A DNA stretch of 64,000 nt from Actinomycetes bacterium (GTDB lineage Bacteria > Actinomycetota > Actinomycetes > Actinomycetales > Microbacteriaceae): positions 3,710 through 67,709 of the forward strand of contig JAEZHW010000063.1 of assembly GCA_023436775.1 (NCBI GenBank), read 5' to 3'. Position 1 is the stretch's first letter. Every line of letters begins with the position of its first letter. The notes under the pieces are model-generated. The model made no database searches. It was not told where the DNA came from and worked only from the letters and a program-made list of their open reading frames with translations. Shown here one piece after another: positions 42,508 to 52,370 of the stretch. Both the position numbers and the translations under genes were made by a program.

Positions 42508-44178
42508 ATGCCGGAAATCGCGATTCCCACCGCACCCGACGGTCCGCTGATTGTGCAAAGCGACCGGACGGTGCTGCTCGAGGTCGCCCACCCGCAGGCT
42601 GAGGCAGCCCGCCACGAGCTGGCCACCTTCGCCGAACTGGAACGCGCCCCGGAGCACATGCACTCGTACCGGATCACGCGCCTGGGACTCTGGAACGCCC
42701 GCGCCGCCGGCCACACCGCCGACGAGATTCTGGGTACCCTCACGCGCTGGTCCCGATTCCCGGTTCCGGACAGCGTCAGTTTCGACATCCGTGAAACCGT
42801 GAACCGCTATGGCCGGATCACCATCGAACGCCAGAATGAGACGCTCATCCTGCGATCGGCCGAGCCGGCCATCCTCGCCGAGATCGGGAAGTCGGCCAAG
42901 ATTAAGCCCCTGCTGGGCGACCAACTCGACGATGGCTCCTTCCTCGTCCAGCCGTGGGCGCGTGGTGAATTGAAACAGCAACTGGTCCGCCTGGGTTGGC
43001 CGGCCGAGGACACCGCCGGCTTCACCGAGGGCACCCCCTTTGACATTGATCTGAACCAGGACGGTTGGACGCTCCGCGGCTATCAGCAGCACGCGGTCGA
43101 GCGCTTCACCGAGCACGGCAGTGGCGTGGTAGTGCTGCCCTGTGGCGCCGGCAAGACGCTGGTGGGCGCCGCCGCGATGGCAGCAACCGACCGCTCCACA
43201 CTGATTTTGGTCACGAATACGGTGTCGGCTCGCCAGTGGCGGGACGAACTGCTGCGTCGCACCACCCTCACCGAGGATGACATCGGCGAGTACTCGGGTG
43301 AGGTGAAGGAGGTCAAGCCGGTCACGATCGCGACCTACCAGATCCTCACCGCCCGCCGTGGCGGCGCGTACACGCACCTCGCGTTGCTGGATGCCCAGGA
43401 CTGGGGCCTGATCGTTTACGACGAGGTGCACCTGCTGCCAGCCCCGGTATTCAAGTTGACGGCCGAGCTGCAGGCGCGGCGCCGCCTGGGCTTGACCGCA
43501 ACCCTGGTCCGCGAGGACGGTCGCGAGTCGGATGTCTTCAGCCTGATCGGCCCGAAGCGGTTCGATGCGCCTTGGAAGGACATCGAAGCGCAGGGCTTCA
43601 TCTCACCCGCCGAATGCTTTGAAGTCCGCGTTGACTTGCCCGCCGAGGACCGACTTGAGTACGCAGCGGCCAGCGATGACCAGCGCTTCCGACTGGCTGC
43701 CGCGGCGCCGGCCAAGATCGAGGTGGTCCGCACTCTGCTCAAGAAGCACGAGGGCGAGCGCATCTTGGTCATCGGCCAGTACCTGGACCAGCTCGACGAA
43801 CTCACCGCGGAACTCGGTGCCCCGAAACTCACTGGCGAGACGCCGGTGGCCGAGCGGCAGCGACTCTTCCAGGCCTTCCGCGACGGCGAGGCACCGGTGC
43901 TGATCGTGAGCAAGGTCGCGAACTTCTCGGTGGACTTGCCCGATGCGACCGTGGCGATCCAGGTTTCGGGCGCTTTCGGTTCGAGGCAGGAGGAGGCCCA
44001 GCGCCTCGGCCGCCTGTTGCGTCCGAGCGCGAGCGGCATCCCCGCGAGTTTCTACACGCTGGTAGCTCGGGACACCGTCGAGCAGGACTTTGCCCAGCAC
44101 CGCCAGCGTTTCCTGGCGGAGCAGGGCTACCGATATACGATCTTGGATGCTGCCGCCCTGGAATCGGCCGCGGTCTAG
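42508..44178 (+). CDS. XPB/ERCC3-type SF2 DNA helicase
   Basis: 556-aa ORF with an N-terminal damage-recognition-like domain, Walker A (LPCGAGKT), DEVH and RED (LVREDGRE) motifs, and a helicase C domain. Confidence 0.9.
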   Translation: MPEIAIPTAPDGPLIVQSDRTVLLEVAHPQAEAARHELATFAELERAPEHMHSYRITRLGLWNARAAGHTADEILGTLTRWSRFPVPDSVSFDIRETVNRYGRITIERQNETLILRSAEPAILAEIGKSAKIKPLLGDQLDDGSFLVQPWARGELKQQLVRLGWPAEDTAGFTEGTPFDIDLNQDGWTLRGYQQHAVERFTEHGSGVVVLPCGAGKTLVGAAAMAATDRSTLILVTNTVSARQWRDELLRRTTLTEDDIGEYSGEVKEVKPVTIATYQILTARRGGAYTHLALLDAQDWGLIVYDEVHLLPAPVFKLTAELQARRRLGLTATLVREDGRESDVFSLIGPKRFDAPWKDIEAQGFISPAECFEVRVDLPAEDRLEYAAASDDQRFRLAAAAPAKIEVVRTLLKKHEGERILVIGQYLDQLDELTAELGAPKLTGETPVAERQRLFQAFRDGEAPVLIVSKVANFSVDLPDATVAIQVSGAFGSRQEEAQRLGRLLRPSASGIPASFYTLVARDTVEQDFAQHRQRFLAEQGYRYTILDAAALESAAV

Positions 44179-44263
44179 GTCGCTGCCGAGGCGCGGTCAC
44201 CTCGCCGCAGCTGCAGGTACTGGCTTTCAGGAAACCTACAGTGAACATGCAGACAATGGGGCC

Positions 44264-44950
44264 ATGACTGGACCTCGCATCCTCATTGTCGACGACGAGC
44301 CGAACATCCGCGACCTGCTGACCACGAGTCTGCGCTTCGCCGGATTCGCAGTCCGCGCTGTTCCGAACGGGGCGGCCGCGATCTCTGCGGTGCTGGAAGA
44401 AGAGCCCGACCTCATCGTGCTCGATGTCATGCTGCCGGACATGAACGGCTTTAGCGTGACCAAGCGCCTGCGCTCGAGCGGATTCACCGCGCCGATTCTG
44501 TTCCTGACCGCGAAGGATGACACCGAGGACAAGATCACTGGCCTCACCGTCGGCGGTGACGACTACGTCACCAAGCCCTTCAGCCTCGACGAGATCATCG
44601 CGCGCATCAAGGCCATCCTGCGTCGCACCATGCAGGCAGATGAGGACGCGGTCCTCGCCGCTGGCGACATTGTGATGGATCAGGATACGCACGAGGTGAC
44701 CGTCGCAGGCACCCCGATCGAGCTCAGCCCGACCGAGTTCAAGCTGCTGCGCTACCTGATGTTGAACCCGAACCGGGTGCTCAGCAAGGCCCAAATCCTG
44801 GACCACGTGTGGGAGTACGACTTCAACGGCGACGCAGGCATCGTCGAGAGCTACATTTCCTACCTGCGTCGTAAGGTGGATCCGCACCTGCCGGAGCCGG
44901 CGATTATCACCAAGCGCGGCTTCGGGTACATGCTGAAGATCGGCAAGTAG
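44264..44950 (+). CDS. OmpR/PhoB family response regulator (mycobacterial PhoP-like)
   Basis: 228 aa (MTGPRILIVDDEPNIRDLL ... LFLTAKDDTEDKITGLTVGGDDYVTKPFSLDEIIARI) plus a wHTH. By recollection it is closest to the M. tuberculosis PhoP type. Confidence 0.9.
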   Translation: MTGPRILIVDDEPNIRDLLTTSLRFAGFAVRAVPNGAAAISAVLEEEPDLIVLDVMLPDMNGFSVTKRLRSSGFTAPILFLTAKDDTEDKITGLTVGGDDYVTKPFSLDEIIARIKAILRRTMQADEDAVLAAGDIVMDQDTHEVTVAGTPIELSPTEFKLLRYLMLNPNRVLSKAQILDHVWEYDFNGDAGIVESYISYLRRKVDPHLPEPAIITKRGFGYMLKIGK

Positions 44951-44993
44951 GCCTCAGGCCCACCAGGGTCGCCCGAGCACAAAGGAACACAGC

Positions 44994-46805
44994 ATGCCCG
45001 ACGCGTTGACCAGGCAGTGGGAGTCGCTCTCGCTGCGCGCGAAGGTCACCGGCGCGAGCGTGTTCATCCTGGCGCTCGGCATCCTGATCGCGGGCGTTGG
45101 CACGACGTGGCTGCTGCGTGACTACCTGGTGCAGCGGGTCGACGAGCAACTGCGCGCCGCCATCGAGGACCCCGAGAACCTCCTACCCGAACTGAACCCC
45201 ACCGAGCCACCGCGCGGCTACCAGGACCCCAATAGCTACTACTGGGCGTTCTTGGGGCCGGACGGGTCGATGCGGAACAACAACTGGGTCTCTCCCAACC
45301 TCGATGAGGCGTTGCGACCAGAAACCGGGGAGCTGACGCTCGAGCGCGCCCGCGAGATTGGCACCGGCGTCGTCGCACTGAGCACGTCTGCTGGCGGGCC
45401 CGGTTGGCGGGCCATCGTCCGCGACAGCACAACCGTGCCCTCGGCCGGGGACGGCGTACTGGTCATCGCTCTCCCGATGACGCGTACCGAGGCGACCATG
45501 ACTCGGTACACCACCTTGTTCTTCGGCTTCGGCATCTTGGTCATCGTGATCGCCGCCGCCCTGACCCAGGTGTTGGTTACCCGGGCCTTCCTGCCACTAC
45601 GCGATGTGGAACGCACCGCCGCAGCCATCGCCGCCGGCGACTTCAGCCTGCGTCTGCGCAACGAATCTCCCGGCACCGAGGTGGGGCGTCTGAACCGTGC
45701 CCTCAACACCATGCTTGGGCGGATCGACCGCGCCTTCGCCGACCGGGCCCGCACCCTGGACCAGATGCGCCGCTTCATCGGTGACGCCAGTCACGAATTG
45801 CGCACCCCCCTGGTGACGGTGCGCGGCTACGCCGAGCTCTATCGCATTGGCGCGCTGAAGACGGAGGAAGACATCGCCCAGGCGATGGAACGGATCGAGA
45901 AGGAAGCGGTCCGGATGGGGTTGCTGGTGGAAGACCTGTTGGCGCTCGCCCGCCTCGACGAGGCCCGCCCCATCCAGCGCGAGCCAGTCGACCTGCTGCC
46001 GCTGGTACGCGATGCCGCCCGGGACGCGATGGCCCAGTCGCCGGATCGCGTGGTGACGGTAATTGAGCCCGACCCTGAGTTGGATCTGGACAAGACCCAG
46101 CCCATCCAGCGCCTTGACGAGCCAGCAACCGCGATGATGCCCACCATCAGTGATGAGGCTGCTCGCCGCGATGCCTCCCGCAAGGCCGAGGCCAAGCGCC
46201 AGGCTCGCGCCCTGGCTGCCAAGAATGACACCCGGACCGAGTCGAAGTCGGCGGCGGAACAGCGTCGCGCGATGACCGCGACCGGTCCGATCGCGTTAGC
46301 CGGTGCCACGCTGGCGAAGTTGCGCAGGCTGGGGCGCAAGACCGCCGACGAGGCCGAAACCGCCTCGACTGCCGCCGGTGAACTGCCGCCGCTCTCGCCG
46401 GCCGCGGTCATTCCGGAGCCCACCCACGCACTGCAACCGATTGTGGTGCTCGGCGAGGAGAACAAGCTGCGCCAGGTGCTCGCGAACCTGATCACGAATG
46501 CGCTGCGCTTCACTCCCGCCGGTTCGCCGCTGGAGTTGCGCATTGACGCCGACCGCGGACTGGGCCTCGCCCACGTCGAGGTCATTGACCATGGTGAGGG
46601 CATTCCGCCACAGATCCGCGAGCAAATCTTCCAGCGCTTCTGGCGCGCCGATAACTCACGCACCCGGGAAACTGGCGGCAGCGGCCTGGGCCTCGCTATT
46701 GTGGCGGCCATTGTGCAGGCCCATCGCGGTCGAGTGGAAGTCCTGGAGACGCCGGGTGGCGGTGCCACCTTCCGCGTCACGCTGCCGCTGATGGATCGCA
46801 CCTAA
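44994..46805 (+). CDS. sensor histidine kinase (2 TM, HAMP, HisKA, HATPase_c) with a large insertion
   Basis: 603-aa ORF with H-box SHELRTPL, N-box LITNALRF, and G-boxes DHGEGI and GGSGLGLAIV. A ~120-aa charged segment lies between the DHp end and the N-box. Confidence 0.88.
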   Translation: MPDALTRQWESLSLRAKVTGASVFILALGILIAGVGTTWLLRDYLVQRVDEQLRAAIEDPENLLPELNPTEPPRGYQDPNSYYWAFLGPDGSMRNNNWVSPNLDEALRPETGELTLERAREIGTGVVALSTSAGGPGWRAIVRDSTTVPSAGDGVLVIALPMTRTEATMTRYTTLFFGFGILVIVIAAALTQVLVTRAFLPLRDVERTAAAIAAGDFSLRLRNESPGTEVGRLNRALNTMLGRIDRAFADRARTLDQMRRFIGDASHELRTPLVTVRGYAELYRIGALKTEEDIAQAMERIEKEAVRMGLLVEDLLALARLDEARPIQREPVDLLPLVRDAARDAMAQSPDRVVTVIEPDPELDLDKTQPIQRLDEPATAMMPTISDEAARRDASRKAEAKRQARALAAKNDTRTESKSAAEQRRAMTATGPIALAGATLAKLRRLGRKTADEAETASTAAGELPPLSPAAVIPEPTHALQPIVVLGEENKLRQVLANLITNALRFTPAGSPLELRIDADRGLGLAHVEVIDHGEGIPPQIREQIFQRFWRADNSRTRETGGSGLGLAIVAAIVQAHRGRVEVLETPGGGATFRVTLPLMDRT

Positions 46806-46980
46806 GCAGCGCACTCCGTGGCCAGGCGGTGGTCGCGTCTCGCTCAACGGTCCTGGCACAGTTCTCCACACCCCGCACGCGCGGCGATCTGTCCACAGGT
46901 TCCCGACGCGGTCGCCCGTCCCGACCCCGCGCTGCCATCCTCTGAGGCGAGAACCCCGTCGCCCATCCGAGAGGACCCTC

Positions 46981-47271
46981 ATGACCCAATTCCGCGTCGA
47001 CAGCGCCCTGGTGGCCTCACAGGCCACCGCAGCGCAGGGCTCCGCCGCCACGATCCAGGCAGAAGTCTCGCGGCTGCACTCGCAACTCCAGGGATTGCAG
47101 GAACACTGGCAGGGCTCGGCGGCCACCGCCTTCCAGACCCTGCTGGCCGACTGGACCGCAACGCAGCGCCGAGTCGAAGAATCCCTCGCCGGCATCACGA
47201 AGGCGCTGCAGGCCGCGGGCCGCCAGTACGCCGAGGTAGAACAATCGAACCTCAGCCTGTTCAGCCGCTAG
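46981..47271 (+). CDS. WXG100 family (ESAT-6-like) type VII secretion target
   Basis: 96-aa ORF with a GAGAGGA SD, W43-Q-G45 in the central turn and Y83-AEV-E87 near the C terminus. Confidence 0.8.
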   Translation: MTQFRVDSALVASQATAAQGSAATIQAEVSRLHSQLQGLQEHWQGSAATAFQTLLADWTATQRRVEESLAGITKALQAAGRQYAEVEQSNLSLFSR

Positions 47272-47317
47272 GGCAGGCGCGGGCCTCGCAGCCCGGCACG
47301 CAACGCAGTGGCAATGC

Positions 47318-47348
47318 GAAAGGGCGGCCCCAATGGGGCCCCCCCTTC
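47318..47348. terminator. bidirectional hairpin between WXG100 and groEL
   Basis: GAAAGGGCGGCCCC-aat-GGGGCCCCCCCTTC, a 14-position stem with two mismatches and T-containing flanks on both strands. Confidence 0.5.
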
Positions 47349-47367
47349 AGCGTGTGATGCGTGTGGA

Positions 47368-48996
<1,629 letters not shown>

Positions 48997-49034
48997 TTAT
49001 CGTCCCTCCTGGACGTTGCGTGCAATGACGTTGT

Positions 49035-49061
49035 CTGGCACTCGGCAAACCAGAGTGCTAA
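49035..49061. promoter_or_regulatory. CIRCE operator 1 (HrcA site) in the groEL leader
   Basis: CTGGCACTC-N9-GAGTGCTAA compared with the consensus TTAGCACTC-N9-GAGTGCTAA. Confidence 0.8.
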
Positions 49062-49067
49062 ATAATC

Positions 49068-49094
49068 TTGGCACTCTCCCCCTGAGAGTGCAAG
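49068..49094. promoter_or_regulatory. CIRCE operator 2 (HrcA site) upstream of groEL
   Basis: TTGGCACTC-N9-GAGTGCAAG, 6 nt from operator 1. Confidence 0.75.
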
Positions 49095-49154
49095 CCGCGC
49101 TAACGTACCCCGCCAGACGCAAGCGCAATGCCCGGTGACGCCGCGAACGAGGAT

Positions 49155-49706
49155 CTAAGCAGCAGCCGGGATGAGGTCGGCGCCGATGACGACCGTAATG
49201 GGGTTACCCCGATAGAAGGTCGACAGCTTGACCTCGGTGACGCCCAGGTCCGCGGCCAGCGCGCGGGCGGCACCCTCAGCGTCAAGGTGGTTGTAGTACA
49301 CCGTTGACGTGGCCACGTCGGTGGTCGCCGCGGCCGACTCGGTCTTGACGTTCCACTTCTTGTCGGCCCGCAATTGCTTGCCGATTTTCGCAGCCAGACC
49401 GGTCTGCTCAGTGGCATTCAGGATCGTGATCGCGATCTTGGGGTCCTCGACCGGTTCGGCCACCGGAATCTCGTAGGGCGGCAGATCCTCAACGGCCGCG
49501 TGATCGCCGTCCCCGCTCAAGTCAATCTCGCTGCGATAGCGGTCCACCAGAAAGACGCCGAGGGCCGAGAACAGCGCCGCCGCAATCACCGTCGACAGCA
49601 GCCAGCGCCAGAATCGCCCCTTTGGCCCTGGCAGCCGGTGGGCACCACGGCGCACCCCACGAGCGGGGGCGACTTGATCGAAACGATCCGCCGGGTACCG
49701 GGCCAT
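49155..49706 (-). CDS. LytR_C domain membrane protein
   Basis: 183-aa ORF with an N-terminal TM segment. The C-terminal domain reads KIAITILNATEQTGLAAKIGKQL ... VYYNHLDAEGAARALAADLG. Confidence 0.75.
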   Translation of the reverse strand: MARYPADRFDQVAPARGVRRGAHRLPGPKGRFWRWLLSTVIAAALFSALGVFLVDRYRSEIDLSGDGDHAAVEDLPPYEIPVAEPVEDPKIAITILNATEQTGLAAKIGKQLRADKKWNVKTESAAATTDVATSTVYYNHLDAEGAARALAADLGVTEVKLSTFYRGNPITVVIGADLIPAAA

Positions 49707-49708
49707 GC

Positions 49709-50023
49709 TTATCCTCGGGTGACGTCGACAACTGCCTCACTCAAGCCGGTGCGTCGCGCACGATCCCGCATCCTGCGGTCCCGCAGGCGCCGCAACCGGT
49801 GGACCAATGCCGGTTCCGCTGCCAAAGCGGCAGGCGAGTCCAGCAAGGTATTGAGCAGTTGATAGTACCGCGTCGGGGAGAGTCCGAGCATCTCCCGAAT
49901 TGCGGCATCCTTGCGACCCGAGTGCGAGGGCACGCGCTGTTCGAAGTCCAGGATGGCGCGATCCCGGGGCGAGAGTGCCGCCTCGGAAGTGTCTGGAAGC
50001 ACCGCCACAGACTCAGCCATCAC
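49709..50023 (-). CDS. DUF3263 domain protein
   Basis: 104-aa ORF ([14 protein letters not shown] ... [27 protein letters not shown]). Its stop is 2 nt from the LytR_C start. Confidence 0.7.
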   Translation of the reverse strand: MMAESVAVLPDTSEAALSPRDRAILDFEQRVPSHSGRKDAAIREMLGLSPTRYYQLLNTLLDSPAALAAEPALVHRLRRLRDRRMRDRARRTGLSEAVVDVTRG

Positions 50024-50139
50024 GCTCCTTTCCCGGGTACCGTAATCCTACGCAGCCGTGCCGACGTCGCGGCCGCGACCCACCCAGCGCCGCGCATGGT
50101 CAGAGAAGTCTCAGCCGGCCCTGCCTTTCAGGAGTAGCT

Positions 50140-50574
50140 ATGACGGAACAGCAGAGCGGATCCGCCGCGGGCGACCGCATCAAGCGCACCCCAGAAGCAT
50201 GGCGGGCGCTGCTGACCCCCGACGAGTTCGCGGTCCTGCGGCAGGCGGCAACGGAACGACCATGGACCGGCGAACTGCTTGAGGAAACGCGCGAAGGGCT
50301 CTACTCCTGTCGCGCCTGCGGTGCGGAGCTGTTCCGCAGCACCACCAAGTTCGACTCGCACTGTGGCTGGCCGAGCTTCTACGATCCAGCCGATACGGAT
50401 GCGGTGACACTGCACACCGATCGCAGCCATGGCATGGTCCGCATCGAGGTGCGCTGCGCCCGCTGCGACTCTCACCTGGGACACGTCTTCGACGATGCGC
50501 CGCAGACCCCGACCGGGCAGCGCTACTGCATGAACTCGATTGCGCTCACCTTCGCGCCGACTGCCGACGCATGA
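50140..50574 (+). CDS. msrB: peptide-methionine (R)-S-oxide reductase
   Basis: 144 aa from an internal ATG with a CAGGAG SD. Has two CxxC pairs (CRAC, CARC) and the catalytic RYCMNS. Confidence 0.93.
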   Translation: MTEQQSGSAAGDRIKRTPEAWRALLTPDEFAVLRQAATERPWTGELLEETREGLYSCRACGAELFRSTTKFDSHCGWPSFYDPADTDAVTLHTDRSHGMVRIEVRCARCDSHLGHVFDDAPQTPTGQRYCMNSIALTFAPTADA

Positions 50575-51146
50575 CCGAGGCGCCCGTCTTTGCTGCACTC
50601 ACGCGACGCCGCTCGTCGCCGCGACTGGTCGATCCAGCTCCTGACGACCTCGCCCTGCTCCCGCTGATCGCTGCGGCCAGCCGTATCGCCGATCACGGCT
50701 CGCTGCGACCGTGGCGGTTGATCACGATCCGCGGCGAGGCGCGCACGCGGCTGGGCCTGGCCCTCGCCGAAGCGGCTGGTCTGGACCCGACCGCGGCCGG
50801 CGCAGGCCTCGCCCAGAAGCCGCTGCGCGCGCCGCTGCTCATCGCGCTCGTCGAGCGGCAACAGCAGAGTTTCAAGGTTCACCCTTGGGAGCAGAGTGAC
50901 GTCGTGGCCGGCATTGGACACGTGCTCACGCTGCTGTTGGAGGAAGCGGGCTGGGGCGTGATGTGGCGCTCGGGTCCTCACACTCGGCATGACGCCGTGC
51001 GGGCAGCCCACGGCCTCGCCGAGCACGAAACCCTGCATGGCTGGCTCTACGTCGGTACGACCGCCGGCGACGCCGCCCCAAAGCCGGAGCGAGCAGCGAT
51101 CCTCCCAGAGGAATTCCTCAGCGCGTTTCCTGTGCCCGAGGCCTGA
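50571..51146 (+). CDS. nitroreductase family protein
   Basis: 191-aa ORF ([12 protein letters not shown] ... [16 protein letters not shown]). Its ATG overlaps the msrB stop (ATGA). Confidence 0.8.
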   Translation: MTEAPVFAALTRRRSSPRLVDPAPDDLALLPLIAAASRIADHGSLRPWRLITIRGEARTRLGLALAEAAGLDPTAAGAGLAQKPLRAPLLIALVERQQQSFKVHPWEQSDVVAGIGHVLTLLLEEAGWGVMWRSGPHTRHDAVRAAHGLAEHETLHGWLYVGTTAGDAAPKPERAAILPEEFLSAFPVPEA

Positions 51147-51150
51147 ACAG

Positions 51151-51223
51151 AGCCCCCTGTCGGGTTTGAACCGACGACCTTCTGTTTACAAGACAGATGC
51201 TCTACCAACTGAGCTAAGGAGGC
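51151..51223 (-). tRNA. tRNA-Thr (anticodon UGU)
   Basis: Minus-strand sequence is GCCTCCTTAGCTCAGTTGGTAGAGCATCTGTCTTGTAAACAGAAGGTCGTCGGTTCAAACCCGACAGGGGGCT. It folds as a cloverleaf with a 7-bp acceptor stem, anticodon loop CTTGTAA and T-loop TTCAAAC. CCA is not encoded. Confidence 0.93.
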
Positions 51224-51271
51224 TGGTGGGTGCCCGAACGAACGGGCAAGCCGAATCCAGTGTAGGCGGTC

Positions 51272-51293
51272 AGTGCTGGGCACACCCAGCGCT
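51272..51293 (-). terminator. hairpin downstream of the DsbA-like gene
   Basis: AGTGCTGGG-caca-CCCAGCGCT, a 9-bp stem with one G-U pair, 16 nt after the stop. Confidence 0.4.
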
Positions 51294-51308
51294 ATGACCG
51301 AAGCGAGG

Positions 51309-52205
51309 TTACTTGGCCGATGCCGTTTCCTCAGTCGCGAGCGAGTTGGCCAGCGCCTGCGCCTGGGCCTCGATCTTCTCACTGAGGTGGACCTGCACTG
51401 CCGTGATGAAGTCCTGCCCAGCCGCCAACAACTCACCGTCGATCAGCACGGTCGGGGTGCCAAAGCGCTGCCCCTCCTCACGGAACGCCTCGTTCTGGCG
51501 GGTACGCAGCGTCGCCGCGCCCACCCAACCTTCAAAGCGCTGGTCGTTGATGCACTCAGCCACCGACGACTGACCCGCGCCCGCGGCTGCGGCGAGCGCC
51601 GCCAGCGCAGTGGTGTCACGCTCGGGATAGGCGCCCGCAGCGTAGACGACCTTGTGGAAGTCCAGGAAGTTGTCCGGGGCATAGTTCGCCACACACGCTG
51701 CTGCCGCAGCAGTCCGGGTCGAGGCGTCATTGACGATCGAGACCGGACGAATCTCCAGCGAAATGCGGCCAGCCTTCAGCCACTCCTCGATTTTCTCGCC
51801 GTAGGTCTTCTCGAACTCAGCGCAGTACTGGCACTCAAAGTCCACGATCAACTGCACGTGCGGCACACCGTCCTGGGTACCCGACCAGCGAATCGGATCC
51901 TTGCCGGCCTCGAGGGGCTCGGTGCGCACCGCAGTGACCACACCATCTTGGCCGGTGAGCACGATGCCATCGCTGGCCATATTCGCCGGAGCCGGACCTT
52001 CCAGCTTGGCGGCACGGCCGAAACTGAGCACCAACGCGATGGTCGCAATCACGGCTACGACAGCCACGATCGAGCCAATCTGAATCGTCAGCTGACGCCG
52101 CTTTGACATCCGACGATGTTCTTCTCGCAACTGCAGCGCCTTTTCGCGAGCCTCACTCCGGCGAGCCTGTTGCAGGCTTCGTGTCGCCTGCTTGTGTTCG
52201 GTCAT
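51309..52205 (-). CDS. DsbA-family thiol:disulfide oxidoreductase (membrane-anchored)
   Basis: 298 aa from an internal ATG (MTEHKQ...). Has a TM anchor, a CxxC motif (FECQYCAEF) and a Trx-fold C-terminal GTPTVLIDGE. Confidence 0.8.
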   Translation of the reverse strand: MTEHKQATRSLQQARRSEAREKALQLREEHRRMSKRRQLTIQIGSIVAVVAVIATIALVLSFGRAAKLEGPAPANMASDGIVLTGQDGVVTAVRTEPLEAGKDPIRWSGTQDGVPHVQLIVDFECQYCAEFEKTYGEKIEEWLKAGRISLEIRPVSIVNDASTRTAAAAACVANYAPDNFLDFHKVVYAAGAYPERDTTALAALAAAAGAGQSSVAECINDQRFEGWVGAATLRTRQNEAFREEGQRFGTPTVLIDGELLAAGQDFITAVQVHLSEKIEAQAQALANSLATEETASAK

Positions 52206-52370
52206 TCTCGGTCTTCTCCGAAATCCTTGCCCACGGGTCCCTGCCCACAGGTCTCTGAGTCCCCCCGATGCGCCCCGCGAAGGATAGTACCGTTCGCTCC
52301 TGTGCGACGCGAGTTGCCAATTCTCAGGTGGGAAGTACATCTCGCCCTGTTCCCAGCATGCGAACTGCAC

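Noticed and set aside
44179-44263. AT-richer stretch with roughly 10-nt periodic ACAG/CAG elements upstream of the PhoP-like regulator, as a possible autoregulatory PhoP box.
   Set aside because: The repeats are short and imperfect, and I cannot match them to a defined consensus by eye. Left as unsupported.
46848-46864. TGGCAC-N5-TCCAC resembling a sigma-54 -24/-12 promoter upstream of the WXG100 gene.
   Set aside because: The -12 element does not match TTGC. Actinobacteria lack sigma-54, so this is a chance match.
51151-51308. tRNA-Thr as a possible genomic-island integration site.
   Set aside because: There is no integrase, excisionase or phage gene on either side. I could not spot a direct repeat of the tRNA 3' end in the window, and the flanking genes are ordinary redox housekeeping genes.
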